A stretch of 64,000 nt of DNA from an uncultured delta proteobacterium (GTDB lineage: Bacteria > Desulfobacterota > Syntrophorhabdia > Syntrophorhabdales > WCHB1-27). Shown in pieces: positions 1 through 11,531 of the stretch (positions are counted from its first letter, which is position 1; each line of letters opens with the position of its first letter). Both the position numbers and the translations under genes were made by a program. The notes beneath the pieces were generated by a model that worked only from the letters and a program-made list of their open reading frames with translations, was not told the DNA's origin and ran no database searches. Location: NCBI GenBank assembly GCA_963810935.1, contig CAWEPK010000005.1, positions 306,335 to 370,334 on the forward strand. Direction: 5' to 3'.

Positions 1-24
1 CCATTTTATCTTGAGGTGTGCCAC
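1..24 (-). CDS. rpmD: 50S ribosomal protein L30, N-terminal fragment (runs off window)
   Basis: GTG start right after rpsE, reads MAHLKIKW; canonical spc operon position. Confidence 0.75.
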
Positions 25-27
25 GTG

Positions 28-528
28 TTATGCCTCCTCCGGCTTCGATGTCTGCCTGGGGACGACCAGACGCGGCTTCAGCGTGGCCAGCCCCTGCATC
101 GTAGCCTTCACCACGTTATGCGGATTACGCGAGCCGTAACACTTCGTGTATATATTGCGGATGCCGGCCACCTCGACGACGGCCCGCACTGCGCCGCCGG
201 CGATAACGCCGGTACCTTCGGAGGCCGGTTTGATGAAGACGTGGCTCGACCCGTATATGCCCGTTATCTCGTAAGGCACCGTGCCCCGGTTGATGGGCAC
301 TTCGATGATGCCTTTCTTGGCACGCTCGACGGCCTTCCTGATGGCGTCGGGGACCTCGTTCGCCTTCCCGAGGCCGAACCCTACGTGGCCGTTCCCGTCT
401 CCCACCACCACGATGGCGCTGAAGCTGAACCTTCTGCCGCCCTTCACGACCTTCGCTACGCGGTTTATGTTAACCACTCTGTCCTGCAGCTCGAGCTCTG
501 CCGGGTCAATCCGCTTCTTTTCGATCAA
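28..528 (-). CDS. rpsE: 30S ribosomal protein S5
   Basis: [22 protein letters not shown] motif; operon order. Confidence 0.98.
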   Translation of the reverse strand: MIEKKRIDPAELELQDRVVNINRVAKVVKGGRRFSFSAIVVVGDGNGHVGFGLGKANEVPDAIRKAVERAKKGIIEVPINRGTVPYEITGIYGSSHVFIKPASEGTGVIAGGAVRAVVEVAGIRNIYTKCYGSRNPHNVVKATMQGLATLKPRLVVPRQTSKPEEA

Positions 529-540
529 GCCGAATCCTCC

Positions 541-906
541 TTAAAAGATTAGTCCGCCCTCGCGAGCGCCGTCCGCAAGTGCCTTGACCCTGCCGTGATA
601 CTTGAAGCCGCTACGATCGAAAAGAATCTCTTTCACGCCGAGGGCCAGCGCCTTCTTCGCCATCGCCTCACCCACCGCCTTGGCGCTCGCGGTGTTGCCG
701 CCGTGCTTGATTCCGCCTTTCACTTCGGCGGTCAGCGTGGAGACGCCCGTGATCACCTTGCCCGTCCCGTCGTCCACGAGCTGCGCGTACATGTGCCGCA
801 GGCTCTTGAAGACGCAGAGTCTCGGCCGGGCGGCAGTCCCGGAGATCTTCTTCCGGACCCTCTTCTTCCTCTTCAGCCTTCCCTCTATTTTATCTTTTCT
901 TTCCAT
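541..906 (-). CDS. rplR: 50S ribosomal protein L18
   Basis: RPRLCVFKS...FDRSGFKYHGRVKALADGARE. Confidence 0.98.
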   Translation of the reverse strand: MERKDKIEGRLKRKKRVRKKISGTAARPRLCVFKSLRHMYAQLVDDGTGKVITGVSTLTAEVKGGIKHGGNTASAKAVGEAMAKKALALGVKEILFDRSGFKYHGRVKALADGAREGGLIF

Positions 907-918
907 CGCTAACGCCCC

Positions 919-1455
919 TTATTTGCCTGTCTTACCCGCCTTCTTGCGCAGCACCTCGCCCGCATATTTGACGCCCTTGCCCTTATAAGGGTCGGGCTTC
1001 CTCAAATCCCTTATCTTCGCGGCCGTCTGGCCGACCAGCTCCTTGTCTATCCCCTTGATGGTGACTAGGGTCTGTTTCTCCACTTCCGCAGATATGCCTT
1101 TCGGCAGCGGGAAATCTATCGGGTGCGAATAGCCGAGATAGAGGGCAAGGCTGGTGCCTTTCAGCTCCGACCGGTAGCCGATGCCGACGATCTCCAGCTT
1201 CTTTTCGTAGCCCTTCGACACACCCTCGACCATGTTGGCCACGAGGGTTCGCATGAGGCCGTGGTAGCTCCTCGACCGCTTGTCGTCGGCCAGCCTCTTC
1301 ACGTTGACCACAGCAGCCCCGATGTCCATCTCGATACCTTCGAGGAGCGGCCTTTCGAGCGCCCCTTTCTGGCCTTTTACCGATACCAGCCCATCCTTGA
1401 TATCAACGTTGACTCCGGAGGGCAGGGGTATGGGTTTTTTTCCTATCCTTGACAT
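919..1455 (-). CDS. rplF: 50S ribosomal protein L6
   Basis: MSRIGKKPI...RKPDPYKGKGV. Confidence 0.98.
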   Translation of the reverse strand: MSRIGKKPIPLPSGVNVDIKDGLVSVKGQKGALERPLLEGIEMDIGAAVVNVKRLADDKRSRSYHGLMRTLVANMVEGVSKGYEKKLEIVGIGYRSELKGTSLALYLGYSHPIDFPLPKGISAEVEKQTLVTIKGIDKELVGQTAAKIRDLRKPDPYKGKGVKYAGEVLRKKAGKTGK

Positions 1456-1463
1456 CTAACACC

Positions 1464-1865
1464 TCACCAGATCCGAAAGAGCAGTTCCCCTCCCAGGCGC
1501 TTGTCGATGGCCTGCTTATCGGTCATAAGCCCCCTGGATGTTGAGACGACCGCCGTTCCGAGCTTGCCTTTCTCTCGTCCTATGTCCAGGGCCTTCACGT
1601 AGACCCGCCTGCCGGGCTTGCTGATTCTGCGCAGCCCTGAGATCACGCTTTTCGAGCGTTCGTCGTAGCCGATGTAAACCTTTATGAACTTCTTCCGCGC
1701 CTCATCTACGAAAACCTTGTAGTTCCTGAGGTAGCCTTCTTCCTTGAGGAGCCTGGCGATGGAGAACTTCGCCGTCGAATAAGGCATATCGGTCCATTCA
1801 TGGCGCACCATGACTGCGTTCCTTATTCTTGTCAGCATGTCGGCTATCGGATCTGTAGTTATCAT
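1464..1865 (-). CDS. rpsH: 30S ribosomal protein S8
   Basis: DPIADMLTRIRNA...ISKPGRRVY. Confidence 0.98.
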   Translation of the reverse strand: MITTDPIADMLTRIRNAVMVRHEWTDMPYSTAKFSIARLLKEEGYLRNYKVFVDEARKKFIKVYIGYDERSKSVISGLRRISKPGRRVYVKALDIGREKGKLGTAVVSTSRGLMTDKQAIDKRLGGELLFRIW

Positions 1866-2060
1866 TTATCCTCCTACCAGGCTCGATTTGATAACCCCGG
1901 GCAGCTCGCCTCTCAGGGCAAGCGACCGGAAGCAGATCCTGCACATCTCGAACTTGCCGATGTAGCCGCGCGGTCTCCCGCAGATAGTACACCTGTTTCT
2001 GGATCTCACCCCAAATTTCGGGGCCCGGTTCGCCTTCTCGATCATGCCCTTTCGCGCCAT
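1866..2060 (-). CDS. rpsN: 30S ribosomal protein S14, zinc-binding (type Z)
   Basis: [10 protein letters not shown]...CRICFR short C+ form. Confidence 0.97.
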   Translation of the reverse strand: MARKGMIEKANRAPKFGVRSRNRCTICGRPRGYIGKFEMCRICFRSLALRGELPGVIKSSLVGG

Positions 2061-2068
2061 CACTCCTC

Positions 2069-2611
2069 CTAGCTTCTGAAAGGCATGCCCATGAGCTTCA
2101 AAAGCTCAAATGCCTCTTCGTCGTTGATTGCCGTAGTTGCGATCGTGATATTCATGCCTCTCACCCGGTCGACCTTGTCGTACTCGATCTCGGGGAAGAT
2201 GATCTGTTCCTTTAAGCCTAGAGTGTAGTTCCCCCTGCCGTCGAACGACTTCGCGGAGACGCCCTTGAAGTCCCTGACCCTCGGCAGAACGATGGTCACG
2301 AGCTTCTGGTAGAACTCGTACATCCGCTCGCGCCGCAGAGTGACCATACAGCCGATGGGCATACCCTTGCGGAGCTTGAAGGAAGCTATCGACTTGCTCG
2401 CCTTCGTGATAACGGGCTTCTGCCCCGCGATCAGGGCCATGTCGCCGGAGGCGGCATCGAGGGCCTTGATATTCTGGATGGCCTCCCCAAGACCCATGTT
2501 GAGCACGACCTTGGTCAGTCTGGGCGCCTGCATCACGTTCTTGTACTTAAACTTACGTATTAATGCAGGCCGTATCTCTTTTTCATACTGCTCCATATAC
2601 GCCGTTTTCAC
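2069..2611 (-). CDS. rplE: 50S ribosomal protein L5
   Basis: [11 protein letters not shown]...[13 protein letters not shown] start at 2611 with GGAGG RBS. Confidence 0.97.
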   Translation of the reverse strand: MKTAYMEQYEKEIRPALIRKFKYKNVMQAPRLTKVVLNMGLGEAIQNIKALDAASGDMALIAGQKPVITKASKSIASFKLRKGMPIGCMVTLRRERMYEFYQKLVTIVLPRVRDFKGVSAKSFDGRGNYTLGLKEQIIFPEIEYDKVDRVRGMNITIATTAINDEEAFELLKLMGMPFRS

Positions 2612-2619
2612 TACCCCTC

Positions 2620-2943
2620 CTACTTGTCGAAGACCTCGTTGCACTTCTTGCAGTATCGAGACTTCTTGCCGTCTTCGAGGACGCGCGTCCCCGCCCTGAC
2701 GGGCTTGGAGCATTTGTCGCAATACATCATGACGTTCGAAACGTGGATGGCGCTCTCCCGCTCCATGATGCCGCCCTTGGTCTTCTGGCTGGGCCGCACG
2801 TGGCGCTTGATCATGTTCACCTTTTCCACTATGATCCGGTCTGTCTTTCGGTTTATGCGGAGAACTTTGCCGGTCTTACCCTTGTCTTTCCCCGCCATCA
2901 CCATGACCGTGTCATTCTTTTTGACGTGATATGCCTTTTCCAT
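2620..2943 (-). CDS. rplX: 50S ribosomal protein L24
   Basis: KOW motif [13 protein letters not shown]. Confidence 0.97.
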   Translation of the reverse strand: MEKAYHVKKNDTVMVMAGKDKGKTGKVLRINRKTDRIIVEKVNMIKRHVRPSQKTKGGIMERESAIHVSNVMMYCDKCSKPVRAGTRVLEDGKKSRYCKKCNEVFDK

Positions 2944-2949
2944 GCTACC

Positions 2950-3319
2950 TCACACTACCTCGGGGGCAAGAGAGACGATCTTCATGAAGCGCCTCGCCCG
3001 CAGACTCTCTCGCTACGGGCCCGAAAATCCTGGTCCCTACCGGCTCGTTGTACTGGTTTATGATAACGGCCGAATTGTCGTCGAAACGGACATACGAGCC
3101 GTCGATCCTTCTTATCTCTTTTTTGGTGCGGACGATGACTGCCTTGACGACTTCGCCTTTCTTCACCTTGCTGTTCGGCAACACCTCTTTCACCGAGCAG
3201 ACAATGATGTCGCCAACGGTGCCGTACCGCTTCCTGGAGCCACCCAGGATGCGTATGCAGCCTAGCTTCTTGGCTCCCGAGTTGTCTGCGACTTCGAGCT
3301 TCGTCCTCACCTGTATCAT
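2950..3319 (-). CDS. rplN: 50S ribosomal protein L14 (one extra base at ~3004, likely sequencing error)
   Basis: VADNSGAK...[11 protein letters not shown]; removing one base restores [18 protein letters not shown]. Confidence 0.95.
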
Positions 3320-3321
3320 GG

Positions 3322-3612
3322 TTAAGCCACCTCGTTCGCCTCGGGCGCCGGCGATTCCTTAGCGATGATCTCTTTGACCACCCACCGCTTGTCCTTACTG
3401 AGCGGTCTTGTCTCCACGATCAGCACCTTATCGCCGATCTTAGCCTTGTTCTCTTCGTCATGGGCCTTGCACGTCGTCTTCGAGCGGAGGTACTTGTGGT
3501 ACGCCGGATGCTTAAGGACGCGCTCCACCTCGACGACGACCGTCTTGTCCATCTTGTCCTTGACGACTATGCCTATCAGCTTTTTCTTTCTCGCGTCCTT
3601 TTTCTCTTCCAT
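3322..3612 (-). CDS. rpsQ: 30S ribosomal protein S17
   Basis: DKMDKTVVV...[11 protein letters not shown]. Confidence 0.97.
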   Translation of the reverse strand: MEEKKDARKKKLIGIVVKDKMDKTVVVEVERVLKHPAYHKYLRSKTTCKAHDEENKAKIGDKVLIVETRPLSKDKRWVVKEIIAKESPAPEANEVA

Positions 3613-3615
3613 CGC

Positions 3616-3816
3616 TTATACCTGCCTGCCTTGGGCCTTTTCGTGGAGCACGGCCATTATCCGCGCAAGGTCCTTTCTTGCGATCTTCATGCGCGCCGTG
3701 TTTTCGAGCTGCCCGGTCGAATGGCGGAACCTGAGGTTAAATACCTCTTCCTTCAGTTCTTTATGCCTCTTCGCGAGCTCTTCCGGGGTCAGGTCTCTAA
3801 ACTCTTTGGCTTTCAT
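3616..3816 (-). CDS. rpmC: 50S ribosomal protein L29
   Basis: LFNLRF-type motif [14 protein letters not shown]. Confidence 0.96.
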   Translation of the reverse strand: MKAKEFRDLTPEELAKRHKELKEEVFNLRFRHSTGQLENTARMKIARKDLARIMAVLHEKAQGRQV

Positions 3817-4229
3817 TCTACCCGGCTCCTCATGGCAAATTTCGTCTGTATCGGAAGTTTCTGGGCGGCTATGCGCAGGGCTTCGCGGGCTTTTTCCTCG
3901 GTCACGCCCATGATCTCGTATAAGACCTTGCCGGGCTTAACGACCGCTACCCAGCCCTCGACCGGGCCCTTGCCTTTGCCCATTCTCGTCTCTGCCGGCT
4001 TCTTCGTGATCGGCTTATCCGGGAAGACGCGGATCCAGAGCTTCCCCGTCCTCTTGACGTACCTGGAAAGCGTCACGCGGGCCGCTTCTATCTGGCGGGC
4101 TGTGACCCATCCACATTCGGTAGCCTGCAGGCCGTAATCGCCGAAGCTCACTTCCGCGCCCCTAGACGAGACGCCTCTCATCCTGCCTTTCTGCTGTTTT
4201 CTGTATTTGACCCTCTTAGGTGCAAGCAT
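3813..4229 (-). CDS. rplP: 50S ribosomal protein L16
   Basis: [11 protein letters not shown]...RMGKGKG. Confidence 0.98.
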   Translation of the reverse strand: MLAPKRVKYRKQQKGRMRGVSSRGAEVSFGDYGLQATECGWVTARQIEAARVTLSRYVKRTGKLWIRVFPDKPITKKPAETRMGKGKGPVEGWVAVVKPGKVLYEIMGVTEEKAREALRIAAQKLPIQTKFAMRSRVE

Positions 4230-4874
4230 TTACCTTGTCTCCTGATAAACTTCACCTTTGAAGAGCCAGACCTTTACGCCGATCACGCCGTACTTCGTCG
4301 AAGCGGTCGCAACCCCGTAATCGATGTCCGCCCTTATCGTCTGGAGGGGGACCCTGCCCTCTCTGTACCACTCGGTCCTCGCCATCTCTGCGCCGGCGAG
4401 CCTGCCGGAGCACATTATCTTGATGCCCTTCGCCCCGAACTTCATGGCCTGGGAGACGTTCCTCTTCATGGCCCTCCTGAAGGAGACGCGCCGCTCCAAC
4501 TGCAGGGCGACGTTTTCGGAAACGAGCTGGGCGTCGACTTCCGGCCGCTTCACTTCCGTGATATTGAGCAATATCTCTTTATCCGTAAGTTTCTGAAGCT
4601 CTCTTTTCAGACTCTCGACCTCTGCGCCTTTCCTGCCTATGACGATGCCGGGGCGCGAAGTCCAGATATTCATCTTCGCCCTCTTATCTTTATTGGCGGC
4701 CCTCTCTATCTCCATCTTGGAGATGCCCGCCTGATAGAGCCTCGCCTTGAGGAACTTCTTCATGCGGAGATCCTCGTGGAGGAAGAGCGCGTAATTCTTG
4801 GACGCGAACCACTTGGAATCCCAAGTCCTGATCGTCCCAAGCCTGAAACCTATTGGATGTGTCTTCTGACCCAA
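4230..4874 (-). CDS. rpsC: 30S ribosomal protein S3
   Basis: [13 protein letters not shown]...[14 protein letters not shown]. Confidence 0.98.
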   Translation of the reverse strand: MGQKTHPIGFRLGTIRTWDSKWFASKNYALFLHEDLRMKKFLKARLYQAGISKMEIERAANKDKRAKMNIWTSRPGIVIGRKGAEVESLKRELQKLTDKEILLNITEVKRPEVDAQLVSENVALQLERRVSFRRAMKRNVSQAMKFGAKGIKIMCSGRLAGAEMARTEWYREGRVPLQTIRADIDYGVATASTKYGVIGVKVWLFKGEVYQETR

Positions 4875-4889
4875 TTTAACCCCCGCTTG

Positions 4890-5222
4890 TTATGTTTCGT
4901 CCAAGACTAACGTAACGTGACTCATTCTTTTGCGTATCGGGGTGGCACGCCCCATTGCCCTCGGGAGGAACCTCTTCATGGTAGGCCCCTCGTTCACTAC
5001 GATATTCTTTACGTAGAGCGTGTCCACGTCCACGTATTTTTGCTGTCGCGCGTTTCCGATGGCGGAATCGAGCAGTTTCTTGAGGATATAGGCCCCTTTT
5101 CTCGGCGTAAACTGGAGTATGCCGAGGGCGGTGTTGACGTTCTTCTTCTTAATGAGATCGCCGACGATCCGCACCTTTACGGCTGAGATCCTCATCATAT
5201 TCGCTTTCGCCACGATTTCCAT
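4890..5222 (-). CDS. rplV: 50S ribosomal protein L22
   Basis: PRAMGRA...KRMSHVT; ATG at 5222. Confidence 0.97.
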   Translation of the reverse strand: MEIVAKANMMRISAVKVRIVGDLIKKKNVNTALGILQFTPRKGAYILKKLLDSAIGNARQQKYVDVDTLYVKNIVVNEGPTMKRFLPRAMGRATPIRKRMSHVTLVLDET

Positions 5223-5236
5223 TTCCCACTCCTGAA

Positions 5237-5381
5237 CAATTATTGGGGCTAGCGTCGCCCCCTCCACCGGCAAAGCCGTCGGAGCCTCCCCCTCATAAAA
5301 AGGAAGAGGCATTAAAGAAAACCACTTCCATCGGGGCTAGCGTCGCCCCCTCCACAGACCAAAGTCCGCGGAGCTTTCTCC
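5237..5381 (+). repeat. Two tandem copies (5237-5318, 5333-5381) of a REP-like double-hairpin element
   Basis: GGGGCTAGCGTCGCCCCCTCCAC-stem-AAA-stem-GGAG twice; further copies at 47655-47706 (-) and 48621-48696 (+). Confidence 0.85.
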
Positions 5382-5383
5382 TG

Positions 5384-5674
5384 TTACTCCTTCCTCTTCA
5401 CTACCTTTGCTTTCCTGTCTCCCGAGTGGCTGTGGAAGATCCGGGTGGGCGCGAACTCGCCCAGCTTGTGACCTACCATCTCCTCACTCACGAAAACGGG
5501 GATAAACTTCTTGCCGTTATGGACTGCGAAGGTCAGGCCGACAAAATCGGGGGTAATGGTAGAGCGCCTCGACCACGTCTTAATGACTTTCGATTCCCTC
5601 GAGCCCTTTGCATAATCCACCTTCAGCATGAGATCGTCGTCGACGAACGCCCCTTTCTTCAGCGACCTAGGCAC
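5384..5674 (-). CDS. rpsS: 30S ribosomal protein S19
   Basis: KTWSRRSTI...[13 protein letters not shown]. Confidence 0.98.
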   Translation of the reverse strand: MPRSLKKGAFVDDDLMLKVDYAKGSRESKVIKTWSRRSTITPDFVGLTFAVHNGKKFIPVFVSEEMVGHKLGEFAPTRIFHSHSGDRKAKVVKRKE

Positions 5675-5683
5675 GGAAACCTC

Positions 5684-6511
5684 CTAACCCCTCTTCTTCA
5701 CGATAAACTTATCGGTCCTCTTGTTCTTCCTCGTCTTGAGGCCCTTGGAAAGCTGTCCCCACGGCGAGCAGGGATGCCTGCCGCCCTTGGTCCTTCCCTC
5801 GCCGCCGCCAAGCGGATGGTCGACCGGGTTCATGGCGGTGCCGCGCACCGTCGGGCGCACGCCGCGCCAGCGCGACCTGCCCGCCTTTCCCCAGTCCACG
5901 TTCTCGTGGTCGATGTTGCCGACCTGCCCGATCGTGGCAGTGCAGGTGAGGTGTATCAGCTTGACCTCTCCCGAAGGGAGCCTCAAGTGGCCATAGTCGC
6001 CCTCTTTGGCGACGACCTGCGCATAGCTGCCGGCGCTTCTGGCCATCTGGCCGCCCTTGCCGGGCTTCATCTCTACGTTATGGACAAACGTGCCGAGCGG
6101 GATGAGCTTCAGGGGCAGCGTATTGCCCTCTTTGATTTCCGTGTCGCTCTTCTTGCTCGCCACCAACGTATGGCCCGCACGAACGCCCGCCGGCGCGAGT
6201 ATATACCTTTTCTCGCCGTCAGCGTAAGCGATGAGGGCGATATTGGCCGAGCGGTTCGGGTCATACTCGATGCCCACGACTTTACCGGGGACTTCAAGCT
6301 TGTCTCTCCGGAAATCGATGATCCGGTATTTCTGCTTGTGGCCGCCGCCGATATGCCTCGTGGTGATCCTTCCCTTGTTGTTCCTGCCGCCCGTCTTCCG
6401 TACCGGGGCGAGCAGCGACTTCTCGGGCTTCTTCTTCGTGATCTCCTCGAAGGTTGAAACACTCATGAACCTTCTGCCGGCCGAGGTCGGCTTATATTCC
6501 CTTACTCCCAT
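5684..6511 (-). CDS. rplB: 50S ribosomal protein L2
   Basis: [21 protein letters not shown]. Confidence 0.99.
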   Translation of the reverse strand: MGVREYKPTSAGRRFMSVSTFEEITKKKPEKSLLAPVRKTGGRNNKGRITTRHIGGGHKQKYRIIDFRRDKLEVPGKVVGIEYDPNRSANIALIAYADGEKRYILAPAGVRAGHTLVASKKSDTEIKEGNTLPLKLIPLGTFVHNVEMKPGKGGQMARSAGSYAQVVAKEGDYGHLRLPSGEVKLIHLTCTATIGQVGNIDHENVDWGKAGRSRWRGVRPTVRGTAMNPVDHPLGGGEGRTKGGRHPCSPWGQLSKGLKTRKNKRTDKFIVKKRG

Positions 6512-6798
6512 CACGCACCTTCAAAGAAAGAGATTTTGTCTTTCGGGCCTACCTTGACTACGGCCTTTCTCCAGTCCGGCCGCTTACCCGTATGTTTTCC
6601 CAGCCGCCTCTTCTTGCCTTCTATGTTCATGACTCGCACGGAGACGACCGTAACCTTGAAAAGCTGCTCGACCGCCTTGGCGATCTCGATCTTGTTTGCA
6701 GTCCTTGCCACCTCGAAGACATACTGGTTGCTCGCGTCTTTCATGAGGGAGCTTTTTTCCGTCACTATGGGCCTTAGTATCGCGTCATACTGGTTCAT
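6511..6798 (-). CDS. rplW: 50S ribosomal protein L23
   Basis: RPIVTEKS...[14 protein letters not shown]. Confidence 0.97.
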   Translation of the reverse strand: MNQYDAILRPIVTEKSSLMKDASNQYVFEVARTANKIEIAKAVEQLFKVTVVSVRVMNIEGKKRRLGKHTGKRPDWRKAVVKVGPKDKISFFEGA

Positions 6799-7418
6799 GA
6801 TGACAATGCCTCTTCTATTCTTGCGAGGGCGTCGACGGTCACGACGAACTGCTCGTGCCTGATGACGTCGTATACGTTGAGCCCTTCAACCCTGAGCACC
6901 TTCGTGTACGGGATGTTCCGGGCAGATTTCTCGAGCACCTCGTCCTTCCCGTGGACGACGACGAGGGGCTTTGAGAGACTCAAGGTCTTCATAACGCCCG
7001 CGAAATTCTTCGTGCTGATCGTCCCGAGGTCGAGCTTGTCGATAACTTTCACCGCAGCGTCTGCGTACCGGCTGGACAACGCCGAGCGAAGCGCCGCCTT
7101 TCTCGCCTTTTTGGGGATTGAGACATGGTATTCCTTCGGCTTCGGGCCGAAGACTGTGCCGCCGCCCACCCATACAGGCGACGTCGAGCTGCCTGCCCTT
7201 GCCCGGCCGGTCCCCTTCTGGCGCCACGGTTTCTTTCCGCCGCCGCGAACCTGTCCGCGCGTCTTCGTCGAGGCCGTGCCCCGCCGTCTGTTAGCGAGCT
7301 GCATCACCACAACGTCGTGCATGAGGTAAGGCTTAATGTCGGCAGTCCAGACGGAGTCGCTCAATTCGACTTCCCCTACTTTCTGGCCCTGAATATTCAA
7401 GACGTCCGCTTTCGCCAT
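6795..7418 (-). CDS. rplD: 50S ribosomal protein L4
   Basis: GGGKKPWRQKGTGRARAGS. Confidence 0.98.
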   Translation of the reverse strand: MAKADVLNIQGQKVGEVELSDSVWTADIKPYLMHDVVVMQLANRRRGTASTKTRGQVRGGGKKPWRQKGTGRARAGSSTSPVWVGGGTVFGPKPKEYHVSIPKKARKAALRSALSSRYADAAVKVIDKLDLGTISTKNFAGVMKTLSLSKPLVVVHGKDEVLEKSARNIPYTKVLRVEGLNVYDVIRHEQFVVTVDALARIEEALSS

Positions 7419-7427
7419 AAGACACCC

Positions 7428-7733
7428 CTAAGACTTGATCTCCACATCGACGCCTGCCGACAACTCAAGTTTCATCAGGGCGTCCACCGTCTGCTGCGTA
7501 GGCTCGACAATATCAATAAGCCTCTTGTGCGTCCGTATCTCGAACTGCTCACGCGACTTTTTATCTATATGAGGCGAGCGCAACACACAAAATTTTTGGA
7601 TATTCGTAGGCAGGGGAACCGGACCTACAACCTGCGCCCCGGTTTTCTTGGCCGCGTCCACGATCTCTTTAACCGACTGATCGAGTAATCGATGATCGAA
7701 TGCCTTCAGGCATATCCGGATTCTCTGCCTCAT
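7428..7733 (-). CDS. rpsJ: 30S ribosomal protein S10
   Basis: [21 protein letters not shown]. Confidence 0.98.
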   Translation of the reverse strand: MRQRIRICLKAFDHRLLDQSVKEIVDAAKKTGAQVVGPVPLPTNIQKFCVLRSPHIDKKSREQFEIRTHKRLIDIVEPTQQTVDALMKLELSAGVDVEIKS

Positions 7734-7759
7734 ATTTTTCCTCTTCTATGGCTCTAGTA

Positions 7760-8959
7760 TTACTCTAATATCTCCGTCACTACTCCGGCGCCTACGGTCT
7801 TGCCGCCTTCCCTGATGGCGAAGCGCAGCTCTTTCTCAAGGGCGATCTGGGTCACGAGATCTACGGTAATGGTGACGTTGTCGCCGGGCATGATCATCTC
7901 AACGCCTTCGGGGAGATGGACTATGCCCGTCACGTCGGTGGTGCGCAGGTAGAACTGGGGACGGTAGCCCGTGAAGAAGGGGGTATGGCGGCCTCCCTCT
8001 TCCTTGCTCAGCACGTAGACCTCGGCCTTGAACTTCGTATGGGGGGTTATCGAGCCCGGCTTAGCCAGGACCTGACCCCTTTCGACCTCGTCCTTCTTGG
8101 TGCCGCGGAGAAGGACGCCTATGTTGTCGCCCGCCTGTCCCTGATCTAAGATCTTGCGGAACATCTCTACGGATGTGGCAACTGTCTTCTGGGTGGGGGT
8201 GAAGCCTATGATCTCCACCTCTTCACCGGGCTTTACGACTCCACGCTCCACGCGGCCCGTTACGACGGTGCCACGGCCCGAGATGGAGAAGACGTCCTCT
8301 ATAGGCATGAGGAAGGGCTTGTCCGTGTCGCGGACCGGCTCGGGGATATAGGAGTCGCAGGCATCGAGGAGCTCGAAGATGCTCTTGCAGTGGGGGCAGT
8401 CGGGCTTGCCGTCTCCGCACTCTAAGGCTTTAAGAGCAGAGCCCTTTATGATCGGTATCTTGTCTCCGGGGAACTCGTAAGCGGTGAGAAGCTCGCGCAG
8501 CTCCAGCTCGACAAGCTCTATAAGCTCGGGGTCGTCTACCATGTCGACTTTGTTCAGGTAGACAACGACGTAGGGGACGCCGACCTGGCGGGCAAGGAGG
8601 ATATGCTCCCTTGTCTGCGGCATGGGGCCGTCGTTTGCGCCCACGACAAGGATGGCGCCGTCCATCTGGGCCGCCCCTGTGATCATGTTCTTTATATAGT
8701 CAGCATGGCCCGGACAGTCCACGTGTGCGTAGTGGCGCTTATCCGTCTCGTATTCTACGTGGGCGGTTGCGATCGTTATGCCCCTTTCCTTCTCCTCGGG
8801 GGCCTTATCTATCTGATCGAACGGTATCCATTCCGCAAATCCCTTGTTGGCAAGACAGCGGGTGATGGCGGATGTCAGGGTTGTCTTCCCGTGGTCGATG
8901 TGGCCTATGGTGCCTACATTGACATGGGGTTTTTTGCGCTCGAACTTTTTCTTAGCCAT
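7760..8959 (-). CDS. tuf: Elongation factor Tu
   Basis: [24 protein letters not shown]. Confidence 0.99.
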   Translation of the reverse strand: MAKKKFERKKPHVNVGTIGHIDHGKTTLTSAITRCLANKGFAEWIPFDQIDKAPEEKERGITIATAHVEYETDKRHYAHVDCPGHADYIKNMITGAAQMDGAILVVGANDGPMPQTREHILLARQVGVPYVVVYLNKVDMVDDPELIELVELELRELLTAYEFPGDKIPIIKGSALKALECGDGKPDCPHCKSIFELLDACDSYIPEPVRDTDKPFLMPIEDVFSISGRGTVVTGRVERGVVKPGEEVEIIGFTPTQKTVATSVEMFRKILDQGQAGDNIGVLLRGTKKDEVERGQVLAKPGSITPHTKFKAEVYVLSKEEGGRHTPFFTGYRPQFYLRTTDVTGIVHLPEGVEMIMPGDNVTITVDLVTQIALEKELRFAIREGGKTVGAGVVTEILE

Positions 8960-11033
8960 AGAGAGCCTCCGTAACTGTTTTTTCTCTATTCTTCATAAGG
9001 TCTTCGACGATGGACGGAGGGGTGGGCGCGTAGTGGGCGAACTCCATGGTGTAGTATCCCCTGCCCTGGGTGATCGAGCGAAGCCGGGTCGTGTACCCGA
9101 ACATCTCGCCGAGAGGCAGGTGCGCCTGTACGTACTTCACCTCGTTCCTTTCGTCGATATCAACGATCCTCCCCCTGCGCGCACTGATGTCGCCGACCAT
9201 GGCGCCCAGGTACTCGGGGGGAGCGGAGAGATCGACCCTCATAATCGGCTCCAGAATAATGGGGTTGGCCTTTCTCACCGCCTCTTTTACCGCAATCGAC
9301 GCTGCGAGCTTGAATGCAAGCTCCGACGAATCGACTTCATGGTAGGAGCCGTCGGTCAGCTCCACCTTTATGTTTATCAAAGGATGCCCGAGGACTACGC
9401 CCTGCTCCAGGGCCTCCCTCACACCTTTTTCTATGGCCCCCATGTACTCCCTGGGTATGACGCCGCCGACCGTCTTGTTCTCGAACTCAAGGTCCTTGCC
9501 TTCTACGGGCGATACCTCGAGGACTACGTGGCCGTACTGCCCCTTGCCGCCGGACTGCTTGATGTATTTGCCGACTGCGGATGCGCGCCGTGTGACCGTC
9601 TCCCTGTAGGCTACCTGCGGGGCGGAGAACGACATGTTCAGGTTGTGCTCGCGCTTCGCCCTGTCCATGATGATATCAAGGTGCAGCTCGCCCATGCCGG
9701 AGAGCACAACCTCGCCAGTTTCCTCGTCCATCTTGACCTTGAGGGACGGGTCTTCGAGCGTATACTGGTTGAAGACGAACCACATCTTCTTCAGGTCGTC
9801 TTTCTTTTTGGTTGTCACTGCAATGGAAACTACCGGGGTAGGGACTTCGATGGTCTCGAAAAGGACAGGGTGGTCGGTGTCGGCAAGCGTGTTGCCCGTC
9901 GAGACATTCTTGAGGCCCGATACCGCGCATATGTCGCCGGCTTCCACCGTCTTGATCTCCTCGCGTTTGTTCGCGTGGAGCCTGAGTATCCTGCCAATCC
10001 TTTCCGTCTTCTGCCTGGTGCTGTTCAAGACGGTCTGGCCCTGCTTGAGCCGGCCGGAATAGACCCTCATATAACTCAAACGGCCCACGAAGGGGTCGTT
10101 CATGATCTTAAAAACAAGACCGCTGAACGGCTCATCGACCGAGCCCGTAACGGCCGTTTCTTCGCCGTCTTCGTTCCAGCAGGCATACGGGGAGACATCG
10201 ACGGGGGAGGGCAGGTAATCGACTATCGCGTCGAGGAGCGGCTGCACGCCCTTATTCTTGAAAGCGGTGCCGCAAAGGACGGGCAGGATGCTGCCTTCGA
10301 GCGTGCCCTTCCTGACGACCCGCTTCACGTCGTCCGCGCTTATCTCTTTGCCGTGGACGAAGCAGTCCATCAGCTCGTCGTCGATCTCGGATAAGGACTC
10401 CAGCATCGCCTCGCGCGCCGCATGATACCGCCTCTTCATTGCAGAAGGTACCTCGGTAACGGAATATTCAACGCCCATGCGGTCGCGGTCATAAAGCAGC
10501 GCAACCCCGGCGATAAGGTCTATAGCACCTGCGAAATCGTCCCCTTCCTTGATAGGGACCTGCAGGGCGACCGGCTTGGCCTTCAGAATATCCTTCATCA
10601 TGGCCATGCACTTGTCGAGGTCGGCGCCGGGCCTGTCCATCTTGTTGACGAACGCGATGCGGGGGACGCCGTAGCGGTCAGCCTGTCTCCAGACCGTCTC
10701 CGACTGGGGCTCTACGCCCTCTACGCCTGAGAAAAGCGCCACCGCGCCGTCGAGGACGCGGAGCGACCTGCCTACTTCAACGGTGAAATCTATATGACCC
10801 GGCGTGTCGATTATATTGATGCGGTGATCACGCCAGAAGCACGTAGTCGCGGCCGATGTGATCGTAATGCCGCGGTCTTTCTCTTCCTGCATCCAGTCCA
10901 TGGTGGACGTACCTTCGTCCACCTCGCCTATCCTGTTATTGACGCCCGTGTAATAAAGTATCCTCTCGGTCGTCGTTGTCTTTCCGGCATCGATATGCGC
11001 CATGATGCCGACGTTTCTAATAACTTCCTGCAT
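8952..11033 (-). CDS. fusA: Elongation factor G (str operon copy)
   Basis: [27 protein letters not shown], 693 aa. Confidence 0.96.
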   Translation of the reverse strand: MQEVIRNVGIMAHIDAGKTTTTERILYYTGVNNRIGEVDEGTSTMDWMQEEKDRGITITSAATTCFWRDHRINIIDTPGHIDFTVEVGRSLRVLDGAVALFSGVEGVEPQSETVWRQADRYGVPRIAFVNKMDRPGADLDKCMAMMKDILKAKPVALQVPIKEGDDFAGAIDLIAGVALLYDRDRMGVEYSVTEVPSAMKRRYHAAREAMLESLSEIDDELMDCFVHGKEISADDVKRVVRKGTLEGSILPVLCGTAFKNKGVQPLLDAIVDYLPSPVDVSPYACWNEDGEETAVTGSVDEPFSGLVFKIMNDPFVGRLSYMRVYSGRLKQGQTVLNSTRQKTERIGRILRLHANKREEIKTVEAGDICAVSGLKNVSTGNTLADTDHPVLFETIEVPTPVVSIAVTTKKKDDLKKMWFVFNQYTLEDPSLKVKMDEETGEVVLSGMGELHLDIIMDRAKREHNLNMSFSAPQVAYRETVTRRASAVGKYIKQSGGKGQYGHVVLEVSPVEGKDLEFENKTVGGVIPREYMGAIEKGVREALEQGVVLGHPLINIKVELTDGSYHEVDSSELAFKLAASIAVKEAVRKANPIILEPIMRVDLSAPPEYLGAMVGDISARRGRIVDIDERNEVKYVQAHLPLGEMFGYTTRLRSITQGRGYYTMEFAHYAPTPPSIVEDLMKNREKTVTEALYG

Positions 11034-11504
11034 TTACCACCTGTAATGTGCGAACGCCTTGTTGGCCTCTGCCATCTTGTGCGTATCTTCCCGTTTCTTT
11101 ACTGCGCCGCCCCTGTTGTTGTAGGCGTCAATAAGCTCTCCGGCGAGCTTCTCGACCATGGTCTTCTCAGACCGGCCGCGGGCATATCGGAGCAGCCATC
11201 TTATGGCAAGGGACATCTTCCTGTCGAGCCTTACCTCGACCGGCACCTGGTATGTGGCGCCGCCGACCCTCCTTGCCTTGACTTCCAGTTCTGGCTTTAC
11301 GTTGTCTATCGCCTTGCGGAAAACCTTAAGCGGGTCTTCCTTCACCCGCTTTTCGGAAAGGTCCAGGGCGCGGTAAACGAGCCTTCTGGCGAGGCTCTTC
11401 TTCCCGTCCCACATCACCGAATTTATAAACCTCTGTATGAGGACGTCGTTATATTTCGGGTCAGGCAATCTCTCCCGTTTGGACACCCTTCCTTTACGTG
11501 GCAC
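11034..11504 (-). CDS. rpsG: 30S ribosomal protein S7
   Basis: [11 protein letters not shown]...[11 protein letters not shown]. Confidence 0.98.
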   Translation of the reverse strand: MPRKGRVSKRERLPDPKYNDVLIQRFINSVMWDGKKSLARRLVYRALDLSEKRVKEDPLKVFRKAIDNVKPELEVKARRVGGATYQVPVEVRLDRKMSLAIRWLLRYARGRSEKTMVEKLAGELIDAYNNRGGAVKKREDTHKMAEANKAFAHYRW

Positions 11505-11531
11505 TACCTGCCTCCTTTACGGCTTTCCGCT

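Noticed and set aside
4905..4923. GACTAACGTAACGTGACTC resembling the island end at 59293-59306
   Set aside because: Lies inside the rplV coding sequence and lacks the GGGGAC part; coincidence
5237..5381. Tandem repeat as a mini CRISPR array
   Set aside because: Only two copies, dispersed family members elsewhere with a conserved tail, and no cas genes
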